A DNA stretch of 53,654 bases, filler included, from Jimgerdemannia flammicorona (lineage: Eukaryota): the NCBI GenBank assembly GCA_003990765.1. It is 3 parts of 3 records of this genome, joined end to end, with 100 filler letters (N's around TTAATTAATTAA, not from the genome) between each part and the next. Parts side by side here need not be neighbours in the genome. Positions count along the whole stretch, not along the records: positions 1 to 17,824 come from RBNJ01002395.1; 2 more parts are not named here. One strand, 5' to 3'. Shown one piece after another: positions 1 to 13,100 of this stretch (the first letter of the stretch is position 1; each line of letters opens with the position of its first letter). The notes beneath the pieces were generated by a model. That model did not search any database and was not told where the DNA came from. It saw nothing but the letters and a program-made list of their open reading frames with translations. The position numbers were made by a program, and so were the translations under genes.

Positions 1-256
1 CTCCCCCCACCCCTCTGCCTCAGTCCACCTCTCCCTCCTCCTCCAGCACCACCGCCCACCACAGATGGCCCCAGCATCCCCAAACCATCTCCTCGTTTCC
101 TCCCAACCTGCTGCCAGTCGAAGGCCCAGCTGCCCCCCTGGCCGACCTGCCCACCAGTATGCTCGTTGCTCGCCATGTTGATAGTAGCTTTTCACCAAAA
201 ACTTCGCAGAAAGTGCTGTCCAAATCTTGTGTCACCTGAATGTTACCGGTGAAAAG
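1..256 (-). mobile_element. 5' end of an L1/Tx1-like LINE (ORF1 ATG at 176, runs off the window start)
   Basis: Reverse complement (ttcaccggtaacattcaggtgacacaag...) aligns with the LINE 5' ends at 47900 and 7179. The open frame MASNEHTGGQVGQGGSWAFDWQQVGRKRGDGLGM...GGRGGLRQRGG matches ORF1 near 48046. Confidence 0.85.
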
Positions 257-270
257 GCTGATTTTTATGC

Positions 271-387
271 CCTGAATACCTTGTCAAATGGAAAGGATAT
301 CCAATCCATGATGCAACATGGGAACCCAAGACCAATCTCCAGAATGCCACTGACTTAGTTCAGGAATTTGATTCCTTGAACAACTGA
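271..387 (+). pseudogene. C-terminal half of the integrase chromodomain of Ty3/Gypsy family A (copy A1, 5'-truncated)
   Basis: PEYLVKWKGYPIHDATWEPKTNLQNATDLVQEFDSLNN*, nearly identical to the chromodomain ending at 41670. Confidence 0.9.
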
Positions 388-803
388 AATCTGAATACTC
401 TGATACCTATCAGTACACACTATATATTACCTTTCCGAACATTATAATTATCATGAACCAAATCAAGAACTCAGCAAAACAAGACAAGAATACCAACCCT
501 CTAGAAAAACAGCAAAACTGAAAGCCAGCCTATTCTCCCTATACCACTGGTGGGAAACAAGGCATAGACATTTAAGAAGATTCCTTAGAGGAAATTCTCC
601 AGCAGTGAATGACGTCAGAATCACTTCCAGTGCACGGCATTGAACATACGACCCTTTAATGTGTGAACCCAATGCGTTAGGCAACTGTACTATGAGCATG
701 CCACTTTCTGAAAAAAAATGGACTTTACCAGACTATTGACCTCCTAAATGGTATAACAAGACTAGAATAAAATTAGAAGGCTCTGATGAGGATGTCGAAA
801 GCT

Positions 804-816
804 AAGAAGGGGAGAG
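804..816 (+). promoter_or_regulatory. Polypurine tract of Gypsy copy A1
   Basis: aagaaggggagag sits immediately before the TGTAAG LTR start; same arrangement at 41869-41881. Confidence 0.85.
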
Positions 817-1105
817 TTGTAAGCGCACAACCTCCAAGCCACTGAAATCACACGTCACCCTCTGAACAAGCCACTGAAATCACATGCGACCTCCGAACAA
901 ATCTGGAAATCACCTACTTGATCATGAAGCTGAGTCAAACTGAAGTCACAGCGCACAAAGCTGAGTCAATATGAAGTCACAGAACACAAGATTTACACAA
1001 ATGGAATCTTACCAATCAGGACCAAATGCATATATACCAAGCACCGAGACGCATCGAATCAGAGAACCAAAACAAACAACAACTACAACTTCCAAACACA
1101 CAAAC

Positions 1106-2203
1106 ATGACCACTGAGATCTACAACTGTATCCACGCTGACATTTGGAATGCCATTGTCAACCGAGCCACACCCCCTCTGCCCCTCATGAATATCCATAG
1201 CCTAGCACCCCTCTACTTTGTGGAAGCCCGATGGAATGCCCTGAACATGCTTAACGAGGTCCACCAGATTGGACAAATCTCAAGCTATTACCAGATCGGC
1301 CGCCTCCTAGAAGACATGGTCGAGCACCACTATGACACAGATATTACTCAGATGTCGCAACATCAGAAGCTTATTGCGTGCAAACACAGAGAGCTCTTCT
1401 ATGAGTACAGCACCTTTATTCCCTGCCTCCGAGTTACTACCAGTGAGATGATTGCTACCCTGTCCTATGGCCAAATTGATAACATGATACAAGAACTCAA
1501 CCACAAGTACCTCGAGTACATCCAAACTACTGACAGAACTTTCTCACACCCCAATGATCACATCCTGCAAATGCCCCAAGTTGGATATGCCATAAAGGAC
1601 ATCTACGATATAATCCACTTCGATGAAGATGAAGCAGAAGACAATGACCCCTCTGATGCCGACATGACCTCAAGCCAAGGATCCTTGCCAACCCTGATCA
1701 CGCCACCAACATTGCCAATGAACTTACAACAGTTCATAACTGCATATGAGACTTATTGGGACAATGACCACTGGCACGAATACCAACCCGCATTCACCCC
1801 TGATTACTTCAATTACAATGAAGAGACTGGAGAACACAATCTGTACCTCCAGACAACCCTCGAAATTGAACCAACAACTCCACCACCCAAGTACGAGTGA
1901 TATGAACCACAGCCACCAACTTACTACAACCCCGCGACTCATAGTGCTGTAACCTATAGAAGGTATGCAGACAGCGAATCCGATGAAAGTGAAGACAATA
2001 CACCCATCCTTCGCCCACCAACACCTTATCCAGTATATGAAACAGACAATGCTATTCTGTGGGATGGAGATGAAGTTCTAATGTATTATTACCTCACCGA
2101 ACAAGGAGAAGTAATCCACGAACCACTTTTCCTAGATGACTACTTCATCAGAGATGATGCAATCGATGGTGATGTCATCGAAGACTATCCAGATAGTGCC
2201 TAA
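1106..2203 (+). pseudogene. LTR(U3)-encoded 365-aa acidic protein of unknown function; one internal TGA at 1898-1900
   Basis: ATG in acacaaacATG context. The frame is open to TAA 2203 except one TGA that is CAA in copy A2 (both derivable from CGA). Identical 1098-nt length in copy A2. Confidence 0.8.
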
Positions 2204-2266
2204 ATCTATAAATAGTCTAGCAGTCATAGTATAGATAGATTAGCCTTATACGACGTGACTGTGAAC

Positions 2267-2523
2267 TGACTCAGCAGTCAGACGATCTCTTGACATGTCA
2301 GATCACTATTGTACTACATGACTGCATTCCGACTCAGCAAAGCACTTAGTGCTACATCCATATCTAGCATAGTCCAGATAGTCCCTCACTAGTATAAATA
2401 CCCCCTCCCCCAGACCTCAGAATCTCAGACTTGAACAATCCGAACACAACTCCTGAGCACTTCCCCACAATATCCCTTCACACAACTACTCCTAGTATAG
2501 CAATATCATGAATAGCGAATAAA
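2267..2523 (+). promoter_or_regulatory. LTR promoter/polyadenylation region (TGACTCAGC motifs, TATA box, AATAAA)
   Basis: tgactcagc at 2267, cgactcagc at 2330, tataaata at 2393-2400, aataaa at 2518-2523; all conserved in copy A2. Confidence 0.65.
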
Positions 2524-2881
2524 CCTATTTAATAACCCACAAACCACTCTTAAGTAAATTCGCTCCCTGTTAGGTCCTACTCCTAACCCCATCACGAAAT
2601 TTCCTAATTGGGTATTGTCTGCAGCGATACACTAATTCAACTAAGCTAGTCTTAGTTTCTTGAACTTCCTGAAATACGGAAAATCCTGAACATCCAGAAC
2701 TAGTCCAAAAAAGGACTTTGGTTGAGACGTCAACCCAATCTTGAAATCAATAAGCATAGAGGATGTACTCCATACGAAATTGATCTTGACCATAAGAAAA
2801 CAGTCTTCCAGAATATCCAGAACTTCCAGAAAACCCTTCCAGAACTACATAACAGTTACCTTAAAAAGTAACCCTCTTACA

Positions 2882-5800
2882 CTTTCAGCCAAGCCAATAG
2901 AGACTCTAAGGACAAAATATAGAGCAGGGGGGAAAGAGGATCACTCTGAGGCACACTTCTTTCCAGGATAAACTCTAGATTACTCCACTCATTCATCAGC
3001 ACTGCTGCTCAGCAGCCTTGTACCAGGCCCATCAATCTTTGATCATTTACTGTACTGAACTCTACCTTCTGCAATACTACCTTCAAATAGTTCCACTGCA
3101 ACCTATCATAAGCCTTTCCTTGATCCAAAAAAACCATCTGCCTATCTACTTGCTAGCTTCTGCAGCCCTCCAAAATATTCTACACCTAGGCAGTACTGTC
3201 TCTAATCTACCTCCCCTTTATGAAGCCTCTCTGATCCTTGCCCACTAATTGGCCAACCCACTGCTATATTTTCCCAGCCAAAATTTTAGACACCAACTTT
3301 CTGTCCACATTCAGTAACATGATAGATCACCAGTTCCACCATATGCACTAATCTCTCTTCTCCTTATACAGCAGAGAGATCAACTCTAAGGAACTATTGC
3401 CAATCTAGCAGCCTTTTCTCAAAATGAAGTTTGTCATTTCTACTAGCCATCTACCAAACTTAACTCCAGAATTCCCAAGACAGTCCATCTTTCCCAGGTA
3501 ACAAATCAGCCTATACTCTCCTCAGTACCTTCAATACCTCTTCAAGGATCACTGTACCCATCACTGCCCCATCTATCTTAGGTACTGCTACCACTGGCCA
3601 ACTGCCAATCAAATTGTCATTGTTCTCCTATAAGACCCCTCTCCTCCCAAGCCCCCCTTCATCTTATCAGAGAGCTTGTTATTGTCTAGACACCTCTCTA
3701 AGTATATTCATAATGCCAGTAACCTCAATACTATCCTCTTGCAGTATCAAAGCCCAGCTATGTCATACTCTCCTAGCCTTCAGTATATCTAATAAATATT
3801 TGGTGGGCCACTCTTCTTCTTCCAACTATCTTTCCTGTAACCTTACCAACAGTCTATCTACCACTCTATCTTCAGCTATCTTTAGATCTAACTTCAACTT
3901 AGCTATCTTCATGGCCAACTAGGAGTACCTCTTTCCTGACAAGTTCTCTCTTCCAACAACCTCAACTACCATCACAGCTCTTGCTTGACTCTTCTACTTT
4001 ATCCTTCTGCTCTTTTCCAGCTACTTCTCCAACATTACACCAATAGACACCCACTAAATATTTAAATTTACCCTACTACCACTCTATTAGCTATTCACTA
4101 TTCTTCTACTATATCACTTCTTATCTTACAGTTGCCACAAATTATTCCTGCTCTACCTGTCTTCTGAGTAAAGCCACATTGAGTCACCAGTGACCTCTAC
4201 CCCTGCTAACTGCCTAAAACCTTCTACATATCTTTACTTTCTTGTGATCTGACCAAAGGCACCACCATACCTCTGCTAAGTCCAACATATTGCCCCAGTA
4301 TTCAGCTATCAAAATCCAATCAATTCTCATTCTAACCAGATCCTCACCCATAGGGTACCACCTAATGAAGGGTTCTGGCTTCTCTCTTTGATGTTGCTGG
4401 ACACCATCAACCAATCCCATATCTCTCTCAATCTGAAGCCAATATAAGAGCTCTGCTGAGACAGTCACTCCAACCCCACCATCAGACCTATCTAATGTCC
4501 TATTATATACTATATTAAAGTCTTTCCCCAGAATGTCCAGCCCAACCTCCTCTTGGTCTCTCTAAGCTAGCCAGCTCTCCACCTATTGGTTTTGCTCTCT
4601 GCCAACTACTGGAAGATAAACAGAGCCCATAACTAGTTCATCCCCAGCTCTTCCTTTCAATCTACTCCATATTAATTGATCACTATAAACTTCCACCTCT
4701 ACTAGCTCACCTCTCTCCATACCCACCAAAATGTCCACCTGCTCATTCCAACCTGCACTATCATGCTATTCCTTACTCTACTCCTCATAATTCTGCCTAC
4801 CATAGATATGAAAATTCTGAAGAAATATCACATCATGTCTCCTGATCTTTAGCTAATAAATAGATGCCATCACTTTACTCTATTTTATAGATTATTGACA
4901 TTTAGCAATAATATATATAGACTATTCATCATCATCAGTAAAAATGCTTAGAGTTCCACAGAGATTATCACTACCTTCTCAGTCTATCTATAGATTATTT
5001 CCTTTTACTCCTCACAGATAGCTCTCCAGATACAGACTCTATTTATACTACTGCAGAATATATCCACCCACTCAGATGCCACTTTTCTGATATCAGCCAT
5101 TTGGTCCTCATCTATATATCTCATATCTTTCATCATCTAGAAGTACTGTTACCATTGCTATTACCAACTTCAATCCCTATATAGTAATATTGAGAAATAT
5201 CTCCCAAGCCTCCTGAGACCTATTAAACATATCTACCTCCTTAATATCCTCCTCTATAAGTTCCTCAAGTACTGCCTGATACCAGCTGTCTGCTATCATT
5301 ACCAGAGGCCCAGGGGTGGCAGGCCTAGGAGTTCTACTCAACTCTTAAAGCATCTCTCTATCTGCTGAAATGTCAGAGGCCACATCTATCAGGTCATTCT
5401 CCTCAGTGACCTTCTCCAGCACACTATCTTGCCTGCCTCAGGATACTCTTAATGAATATTTGCTGCCTCTACTATATTGATGTCCTCCAACTGAGTTTCT
5501 GGTACTACTTCAGTGATATCCTCAAAACCTCCTCCTCCTTATTAGCCCACTTCCCTATCACTGGTATATGAGTTGAATCCTCTACACCATCTAGCTGTGA
5601 AAAGGATATCTCAGCTATCTCTACATCTTCCATCTGACTCTTGGCTATCTCTGCCCTCACTATCTTCTCTAATTTTGAATCTTGAAGGACTGTCTGCAGA
5701 TATTCTCAGTTCACTTTTTACCATCTCTTCCTCCTCCCATCTGTCAGAATCCAGATCCAGTCCTTAGTGAACTCCTCTCATCTCCTCTTTTACAATTCCT

Positions 5801-6886
5801 TTACTGCCTCTCTCTCCTCCAGAGTAAGTAACAATTCCTCCTCCTCTTACTCAGATCCCTTCCTCCTCTATACCTTATACTCTTGACCACTAATATAAAT
5901 CACTTCTGGCCAGTCTCTCCCTAGCCCCATAGCCTCCTTGCCCTCCAGTCATACCATAATCTCACAGTTGCTATTCCTTAGCTTAGTCCTCTCCCAGAAC
6001 ATAAATCTGAAATCCACTATCTCTCCAAAGCCCCCCAGTGCTTCTGCCATAATCCCCTTAGTCTCCTGTCTCTCCAGAGTTAGCAACTCTTCTACCACCA
6101 GACATATAGTATGTAGATCCCATCTCAGACATCTTGCCATTCCAATCTTGACATTCTTAATCATCAATCCTTTCTCCAGAGCCTTCACCATCTCTTCTTC
6201 CTCCACAAAGTCAATCTCTACTATCTCTACTGATAGAATAAACTTCAGAGACTCTGTACCAGCAACCTCCTCACCTACTAGCTGCAGAATCTCTCTGGCA
6301 GACATACTCAGCCCCAAGAAGTTTACTGAGATTACCCACATCAATACTAATTTGTGAAAGAAAGAGTGTACTATCAGTTTACTAGAGCCCACTACTATTG
6401 TCAACTTCTTCTTACTTTCTGAGACTCCAGCAGTTACTCCTCCAGCTCCTACAAGCCCACCAGTAGGTCTACCATCAGCCACTAGCTCAGCCTCAGGAAT
6501 ACTAGTCCCAGCCATCACACCACCAGATCCCTGCCCCCTGCCAGGCACCTGACCAGTCACCTGACCTATCACCTGACTCCTCTCTCTGTCAATACTATGT
6601 CCCCCCTGCTCTACCCTCATGGACCTAGCAGTAGCTCTCCTGCCCCATACCACAGTATACTAGCTTTCAATATCAGCAGGTCTCTCCTGATCACCTGTCT
6701 CACTAACAGTAGCACCAGCCCCCATCACCACCATAAAACTCTTGGAGAGGCCCAGACCAGGCCTCCTCCTTTCTAAGTACTCAGAGCTTAATGAATCTTA
6801 GGTTGTCATTAGACAAAAATTTGACAGAATTTGATAAAACTTATTATAAACTATAGCTAGACTCCTGCTGCACCTAGTACACCGGT
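2882..6886 (-). mobile_element. Decayed L1/Tx1-like LINE (ORF1, APE endonuclease, RT N-half), interrupted by the Gypsy A1 LTR
   Basis: ORF1 segment 5949-6653 is homologous to 48046-49359 (AREILQLV...LKFIL...MARCLRWD). ORF2 relics WSDH, GKDGLSWEFW, FLDQGKAYDRL and PQSDPLSPLLY end at the LTR terminus. Confidence 0.85.
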
Positions 6887-6899
6887 GTAGGCAAAGTAA

Positions 6900-7178
6900 A
6901 AACTTGAAAACATATTGCTTTTTATAAAAAGATACTTGTGTGGCTTAGCTTGGTTAGTTTGATTTGAGCAAAAGAAGTCTTGTCTGATCTATGTTACTCA
7001 ATATATAAATATATATTATCAGAAATAATAAACAATACTCCTTCTTCTCTCTACTCTATATTCTCAACTTATTTACAATAAAGGTTATAAGTTTCACTTA
7101 GCAGCTAATAAGAAATATTTTTTTAAGACTCTATACTATACTATGCTATAATGTCATAACTGATAAATTAAGAAGTCA
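6900..7178 (+). mobile_element. Probable Ty1/Copia 5' LTR end, primer-binding site and leader relic (boundaries approximate)
   Basis: aaggttataagttt at 7081-7094 resembles a decayed Copia-type PBS (aggttatgagccc). Once the LINE is removed via its TSD, this joins the Copia gag at 13202. Confidence 0.45.
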
Positions 7179-10100
7179 TTTTTCTCCAGTAACATTCAGA
7201 TTATCCAACCTTCTGACAATACTTACAATACAGTTTTTGAAGAAAAGATACTAGTATCATAGTGACTGATGAGTATCCTGAGATGTGTACTGGGCAGAGT
7301 GGTCTTAGTATATTTGACTAACAGTATGTAGGGAGGGGCCCCAGCTTGGGGGGAAGCATGCAGGGCCTGCTGGCAGGAGGATGTGGTAGGGGAGGGGATA
7401 GTGCTGGAGGTCAGGGGACAGAGAGAGTGAGCTTCATAGAGAAGGTGAAGGGGGATCAGCAGAGAGCTGGGCTGGAGAGTTGGCTGAGGAGAGATAAGGT
7501 AATAGTAAAGACTATAGAGCAGAGGCTTCAAGGGAGAGCCCCTCTGGGGGGCCAGAGTAGTGGGACTGGTGATGTAGTGGCTGAGAAGGTGACTACTGAT
7601 AGAAGCATGATAGGCAATCTGAAAAAAAATCTAAATGGAACTGCTGATGATAGACTAAGCTGTGGGAAGGGCATGAGGCCTAGTGACCTGGCTGATGATA
7701 TAATGGGACTGGTAGTGGCACCATTACTCAAGAAGTCAATCTCAGAATTTATAGTCACTCTGTACTTCAAAGGCTTAGTGGTGATGGCAAAAATGATCCT
7801 GGGGCTGATTGTGAAGCAGGTGGAAGGCACAGCATCTGTTAAGTTCCTGAAGGGCCTGGAGGTGGGCTTTGAGAAGGCAGGGCTACTGAAGGAGGTGCTG
7901 AAGACTGGGTTGATGGTTGGAGAGGTGTGTGTCTCAATAGCATAGTGCTTGAGATGAGATCCCAGAGTGGTGTAGCTCCTGGTGAAGGGAGTGCCTATGG
8001 TGACTGCTGTGGAGATGAGGAGGAGAGTTGAGAAGGTCATGGCAGAGTATGGAGAGGTAGTTGATATAGGGTTTAGGGTCTGGGAAGGAACCACCTTCCA
8101 GACAGAAGATGTTGATGTTCAGATTCAACTAGCAGAGAGGGAGACTACTGATAAGGTGTATGATTGACCTTTGGTGATGATGTGGGGAACCTTTGTATGC
8201 AAGGTGATGAGGGTAAAGGGGAGTGAGGAGGAGGAGAAGGACCTGTTAGAGGTACTGGAGGAGCTGAGTGGTGCAGTAGAGTGGAGGGTGAAGGCTTGGA
8301 AGATGTATATGAAGTCAATATACTTAGAGATTATTGATGAGAGGTGAGTCTATATTGACAAGGGGCTGTGAGAGAGGACCTAAGATTACAGGAGGCAGAG
8401 GGAGTTGCTGGCAAGTCTGGAGGTGAAGAAGACAAGGGCTACTAATGGCAGCAAGGATGCTGAGAGAGCTTTGGCAAGTGTCTGGGCTGGGAGGAAGAGG
8501 GAGAATATAGAGGTGGATCTGGAGGAGGCCAGGAAGGCACTGAGTGAGGACCTATATGAGAATGGTATATTCAAAGTCTGGGAGCAGTCTTCTACTCCTA
8601 CCTCTCTTATCAGGTAGGGACTGGCTACAAGGGGCTAAGTGGCAGAGGATGTGCCCATGCATAGTGCTCAGTGGATATACTTTGGGGTTCCTGAGGTAGT
8701 AAAAGGAGGACAAGTAGTGGCAGTTGGTGAGGAAGAACTGGTGAATATCCTGGAGGAGAGGTGAAATGAGACTGCAAGTATAGGAGAGAATATCTTAATA
8801 CTGAGTAGAGAATGGCCTGCAACCCCTGGGGAGAAGGAAGTGGGGAATATAAGGTGGATGTGCCAGATGATAAATAACCTTGTAGCTGAGAAACTGAGAG
8901 AAGTGGACCTGAGAGTGATGAGTGATGAGTATTAGACAAGGATCTTGTATGGTGATAGAGTGGTAGAGACATTAAGGGCAGAGGTACTAGCAGTCTTCCT
9001 GGAGGAGGAAGGGTATGAGGTAGACAAAGATAGAGAGGCTGAGCTAGCAGTTATTGCTAGTGAGCAAGCCACCTACTGCTGGGAAAAGCCTCATAGTTTA
9101 CAGCTCTGGTAGGAGGCCTGCCTGGAGTATCATAACGATTTTGAGGAAAAGGAAAATAGGGAAATGGCTGAGCTACTGGAGGGATTAGAGACTAAGAGAG
9201 CTGAAGAGAAGGAGGTGTCCACTAAATACAACCTAGACTTGGCAAGAAAGGTAAGAGATATAGAGCAGTAGAGGATGCATTTTCAATTTCACAATATTCC
9301 TTATGAATAGTATAACTAACATTTTTTCTCTCAATATGAATGGGTTATGGAGTTCAGTTTGGTGTCAGAATATTTTTACTTTGCTGAAAAGACTGGAGGC
9401 TGATCTCTTTCTTTTGCAGGATATCAGGTGTGAGGATGATTTGGATAGACTGGAGTAGACTAAAGAATAGAAAGAAGAGGCTATATGGAAAGACAAGATG
9501 GAGATTTTGATCTGGAGGAGTAGAGAAGAGTTACAAGAGGTGAGGAGCTGGGGAGACAGGCTGGTTTTGGGAGAGTGGATTTGAGTAGGTTGGGAGCCAG
9601 TTATAGTGGGGTCTTACTATTGTCCTGCTGTATGGGAGAGGCAGGTGGACTGGGTGAAGGGTCTTCAGGAGAGTAGGGCCCTCAAAGAGACTGGAGTGGT
9701 TATGCTTGGCAGGGACTTCAATATGTATGGTCTGGGATATATTGGTGGATAGAACTGATTGAGAGCAGGGGGCTAAGAGTAGGAGTAGAGGTCTGGAGAT
9801 ATAGGAGAAAGTGGAGAGACTGAGTGTGCTGGTGGATGCTGGCAGGGGATTTTGGGGTGATAGGAGGATATATACACACTGGGCCAGGGGTCTGGAGATG
9901 AGGATTGACTGAGTTTTGACCACAGACTGCTGGGGATTAGATAGCTGAAAATCACTGGAGGTTGAATGGTATTTGTAATCTGATCATTGGAGGTTGTTAA
10001 GATAGGGACATTTTGGGGGGAGTGGGGATGGGCCTGGACATTGGTGCCTGAATTTCTCTTTGTTAGATGATAAGGAGCTGTGGGATAAGTGGGCTGTAAA

Positions 10101-13100
10101 CATTCAGCAGAGGGTAGAGAGATGGGTACAGGAGGGGACCCCTATGGGTGTCAGGTAGATGTGGCTGAAGAAGGCTGCTAGGGTTTACTGGAGAGAGGCT
10201 GGCAAGATGACTGGCAGAGAGGAGGTAATGGGGGGCATGGGCTTCTACTAGGCTGGCTTGGCTTCTGGAGGATGAGGCTGAACTATTGGCCCTAGAGGGG
10301 AGGACTGGAGATTGTTGTGAGTATAGAAGGAGATTGAGGAGCTATAACTGATAGTAAGAGAGGAGGAGGAGGCATGGGTGCAGAGTCTGATAGCATAGTT
10401 ACATTGGCAGGGACTGGAGGAAGAGAAGAGGCTCTCTAAGTTTCTCATGAGGGTCCTTTGGGCAAAGAGAGTTCAGCAGAGGTAGGAGGGGGTATTGGAT
10501 GCTGATGGTCATCTGGTATATAGTATAAAAGATATTCTCAGATTGTTAAAAGAGAAGTAGAGTGGTCTGTGGAGTGAGGAGGAGGGAGGGGGGTATTGGA
10601 TGCTGATGGTCATCTGGTATATAGTATAAAAGATATTCTCAGATTGTTAAAAGAGAAGTAGAGTGGTCTGTGGAGTGAGGAGGAGGGAGGGGCTGATGAT
10701 GCTACCATTGACCATACTTTGGAGGATTGGCATCCACCACAGGTAGGAGGACTGGACAGTCTGGTGTTGCTGATGCAGGAGGAGAAGATTCACCAGGTTC
10801 TTGCTATAACTTTGCTGGATATGGCACCAGGAGAGGATGGCTTGCCCTGGGACTTTTGGAAGAAGATGGTGGGAATCCCCAGTATGCTAGAAGAATTAAT
10901 AGTAATGTGTGACTTGGTGCTATAGTCAGAGAGATGAGTGGGTGAGCAGAATCTGGGGCTGGTGGTACTGCTCTATAAGGATAAAGGCAGGAGAGAGGAC
11001 TGGAGGAACTAATAGCCAATTATGCTACTAGATATAGACAGAAAGCTGGTTACTAAGTTAGTGGTGGCAAAGTTATAGAAGGTGGCCCAGCAGGTATTGG
11101 GGGAGGAGTAGCAGGGCTTTGTGGGTGGCTGGCTCATTAGGGATGGCATGGCTTGAGTACATGGTATTATTGAGGGGGATGAGCCTGTGGACTGGATGGG
11201 TGCCTGGGTTTTCTGGATTAAGAGAAGATATATGACTGTGTCTAGTGGGTCTGGTTGGCAAAGGTACTGGATAGGATTGGTATCTCTCAGCAGTTCTGAG
11301 TGGTAATAATCAGTCTACTGGAAGAGAGTCAAGTGGTGCTTATATGCAATGGGGGCTTTTTCTCTAGCTAGAGGGGTCCCCCAAGGGGACCTGCTGTCCT
11401 CTATTTTGTATATACTCTTATTGGAGCCATTGATAGATAGGATTTGGTAGAAGATAGTAGGGCTCTCAGTATTGAGCATTAGATGAAAGATTGGAGCTTT
11501 TGCAGATGATATAGTGGTTGGTCTAAGATCAATCACTGATGTGGAAGAACTCAAGGTATCAGTGGAGTAGTATGAGGTACATTCTGGGACTAAACTCAAC
11601 TGGCACAAATGTGAGACAATAGTGTTAGATAATGGTCTAGTGAGAGGAGATGTCATTGGAACAATTGTCCCTGCTAGGGAGGTGATGTGATATCTAGATA
11701 TTTATCTTATAGTTTATGGATCCATCTTATCTAAGGCTTGGTAGAAGCAGTGAGTTGCAATCTGGGGGGAGGTCCTATAGAGTTGGGGTGGCTGCCAGTT
11801 GTTTCTAGCTGGGCATATTTCTATTTCGAATGTCTACTGGCTACTGAAGCTATGGTATTTGGCTTATCATCTGGACTTCCTAGCCTGGGTGGTGAAGTGA
11901 TTGTTGAAACAGACCAAGAGTTGGATCTGGACTAGGAAGAGGAGCCAGATTAGCTGGGAAATCTTGTCTCTGCCAGTCACTAAAGGAGGTCTGGGACTGG
12001 TTGACTTTCTGAAGAGACTGTACTATCTGAGAGCATGGTAACTGAGGAGGGCAGTGGAGCTGAGAGATAGTAGCTGGGTTTCCCTGATGAAGAGGGTCTG
12101 GGAGATGAGGTCCTCACTAAGAGGCTCTACAGATAATCTACTGTCTTTGGTTAGGCTTCAGAATATTGGTCACATGTAATATAAGGAATTCTGGTGGGGA
12201 GTTGTAGATAGAGTACACCATATTGGAATTTGCTAGTAGGGAGATGAAGGGGAAATACCTTGGGGCCCTGTGATGTTGAGATGGAACTGTATACTGTTGG
12301 GGAGTATCTTGTTACTTAATTTTGATATTAGTGATGGGGTAGAGTATCAGAGAGAGTTAGAATAGGATTTGTGGCCTGGTAGATGGTAGCAGGTGGATAT
12401 CAGGGAGGAGTGGGACTGGAATAGAGTTTGGGCCTAGAGTGCTGAGATTAGATAATAGATACCATCAAAGTACTGGGTGGTCTAGTGATACATGTTGTGG
12501 AGGAATATCATGCTCAACTTTTGCTCAGGCCATCTAGTTGAGGGGGGAAGTTTTAACTATGAGGAGTGCTATAATGTAGAGCAGGAAGGAGGTTTTATAC
12601 AGACGCCTGAATATTGACTGAGAGTGTGTGAGATACTTGGTAACTTCTGGTTGATGGTTGGGTATTGATTGAATGTAGTGCATAAGAGGTGATATGAGAG
12701 GCAGATGGGAGGATTTGCAGAATAGATTGGTAGAGGGGATTGGGTTGGAGTAGCTTACTTTAGGTTGGGTTATAGCTGTATAGGTAGAGTTGGTAGATTA
12801 CTAGTTGTTTATTTTTGAGAATGAGAGGAGACTAGGATTGAGGACATGGTTACTGAGATGAGAAGGACTGATGGAGGACATCTTGATGGGCTAGTGGCTT
12901 GGTTGAAGTCTGCAGGGTGGTTGACAGTATAGTTTGGTTCAGAAAATCTATAGATAGAGTGGGGGAAGAGTTGAGTTAGTGGGTAAAAGGATATCTTTCA
13001 AGTGTGAAGAGATGAGAGGAGCCCCTCTAGGGAGATTGGGTAGTGTGAGGTGATACTGTAACTATATCTATAGACTGGTAATAAATGGCAAAGTTCAAGT

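Larger units (their letters stand above)
818..2881 (+). repeat. 3' LTR (2064 bp) of chromovirus family A, copy A1
   Basis: TGTAAG...CTTACA inverted termini; follows the PPT; TATAAATA at 2393 and AATAAA at 2518; colinear with 41883-43944 and sharing both boundaries. Confidence 0.92.

Noticed and set aside
971..1105. Upstream ATGs (971, 1001) as the start of the LTR protein
   Set aside because: Both are ACG in copy A2, so they probably arose by CpG decay; copy A2 also has an in-frame TAA in this leader. ATG 1106 is conserved.
1106..2203. LTR ORF as an envelope gene
   Set aside because: No signal peptide or hydrophobic transmembrane segment; strongly acidic; located downstream of the PPT.
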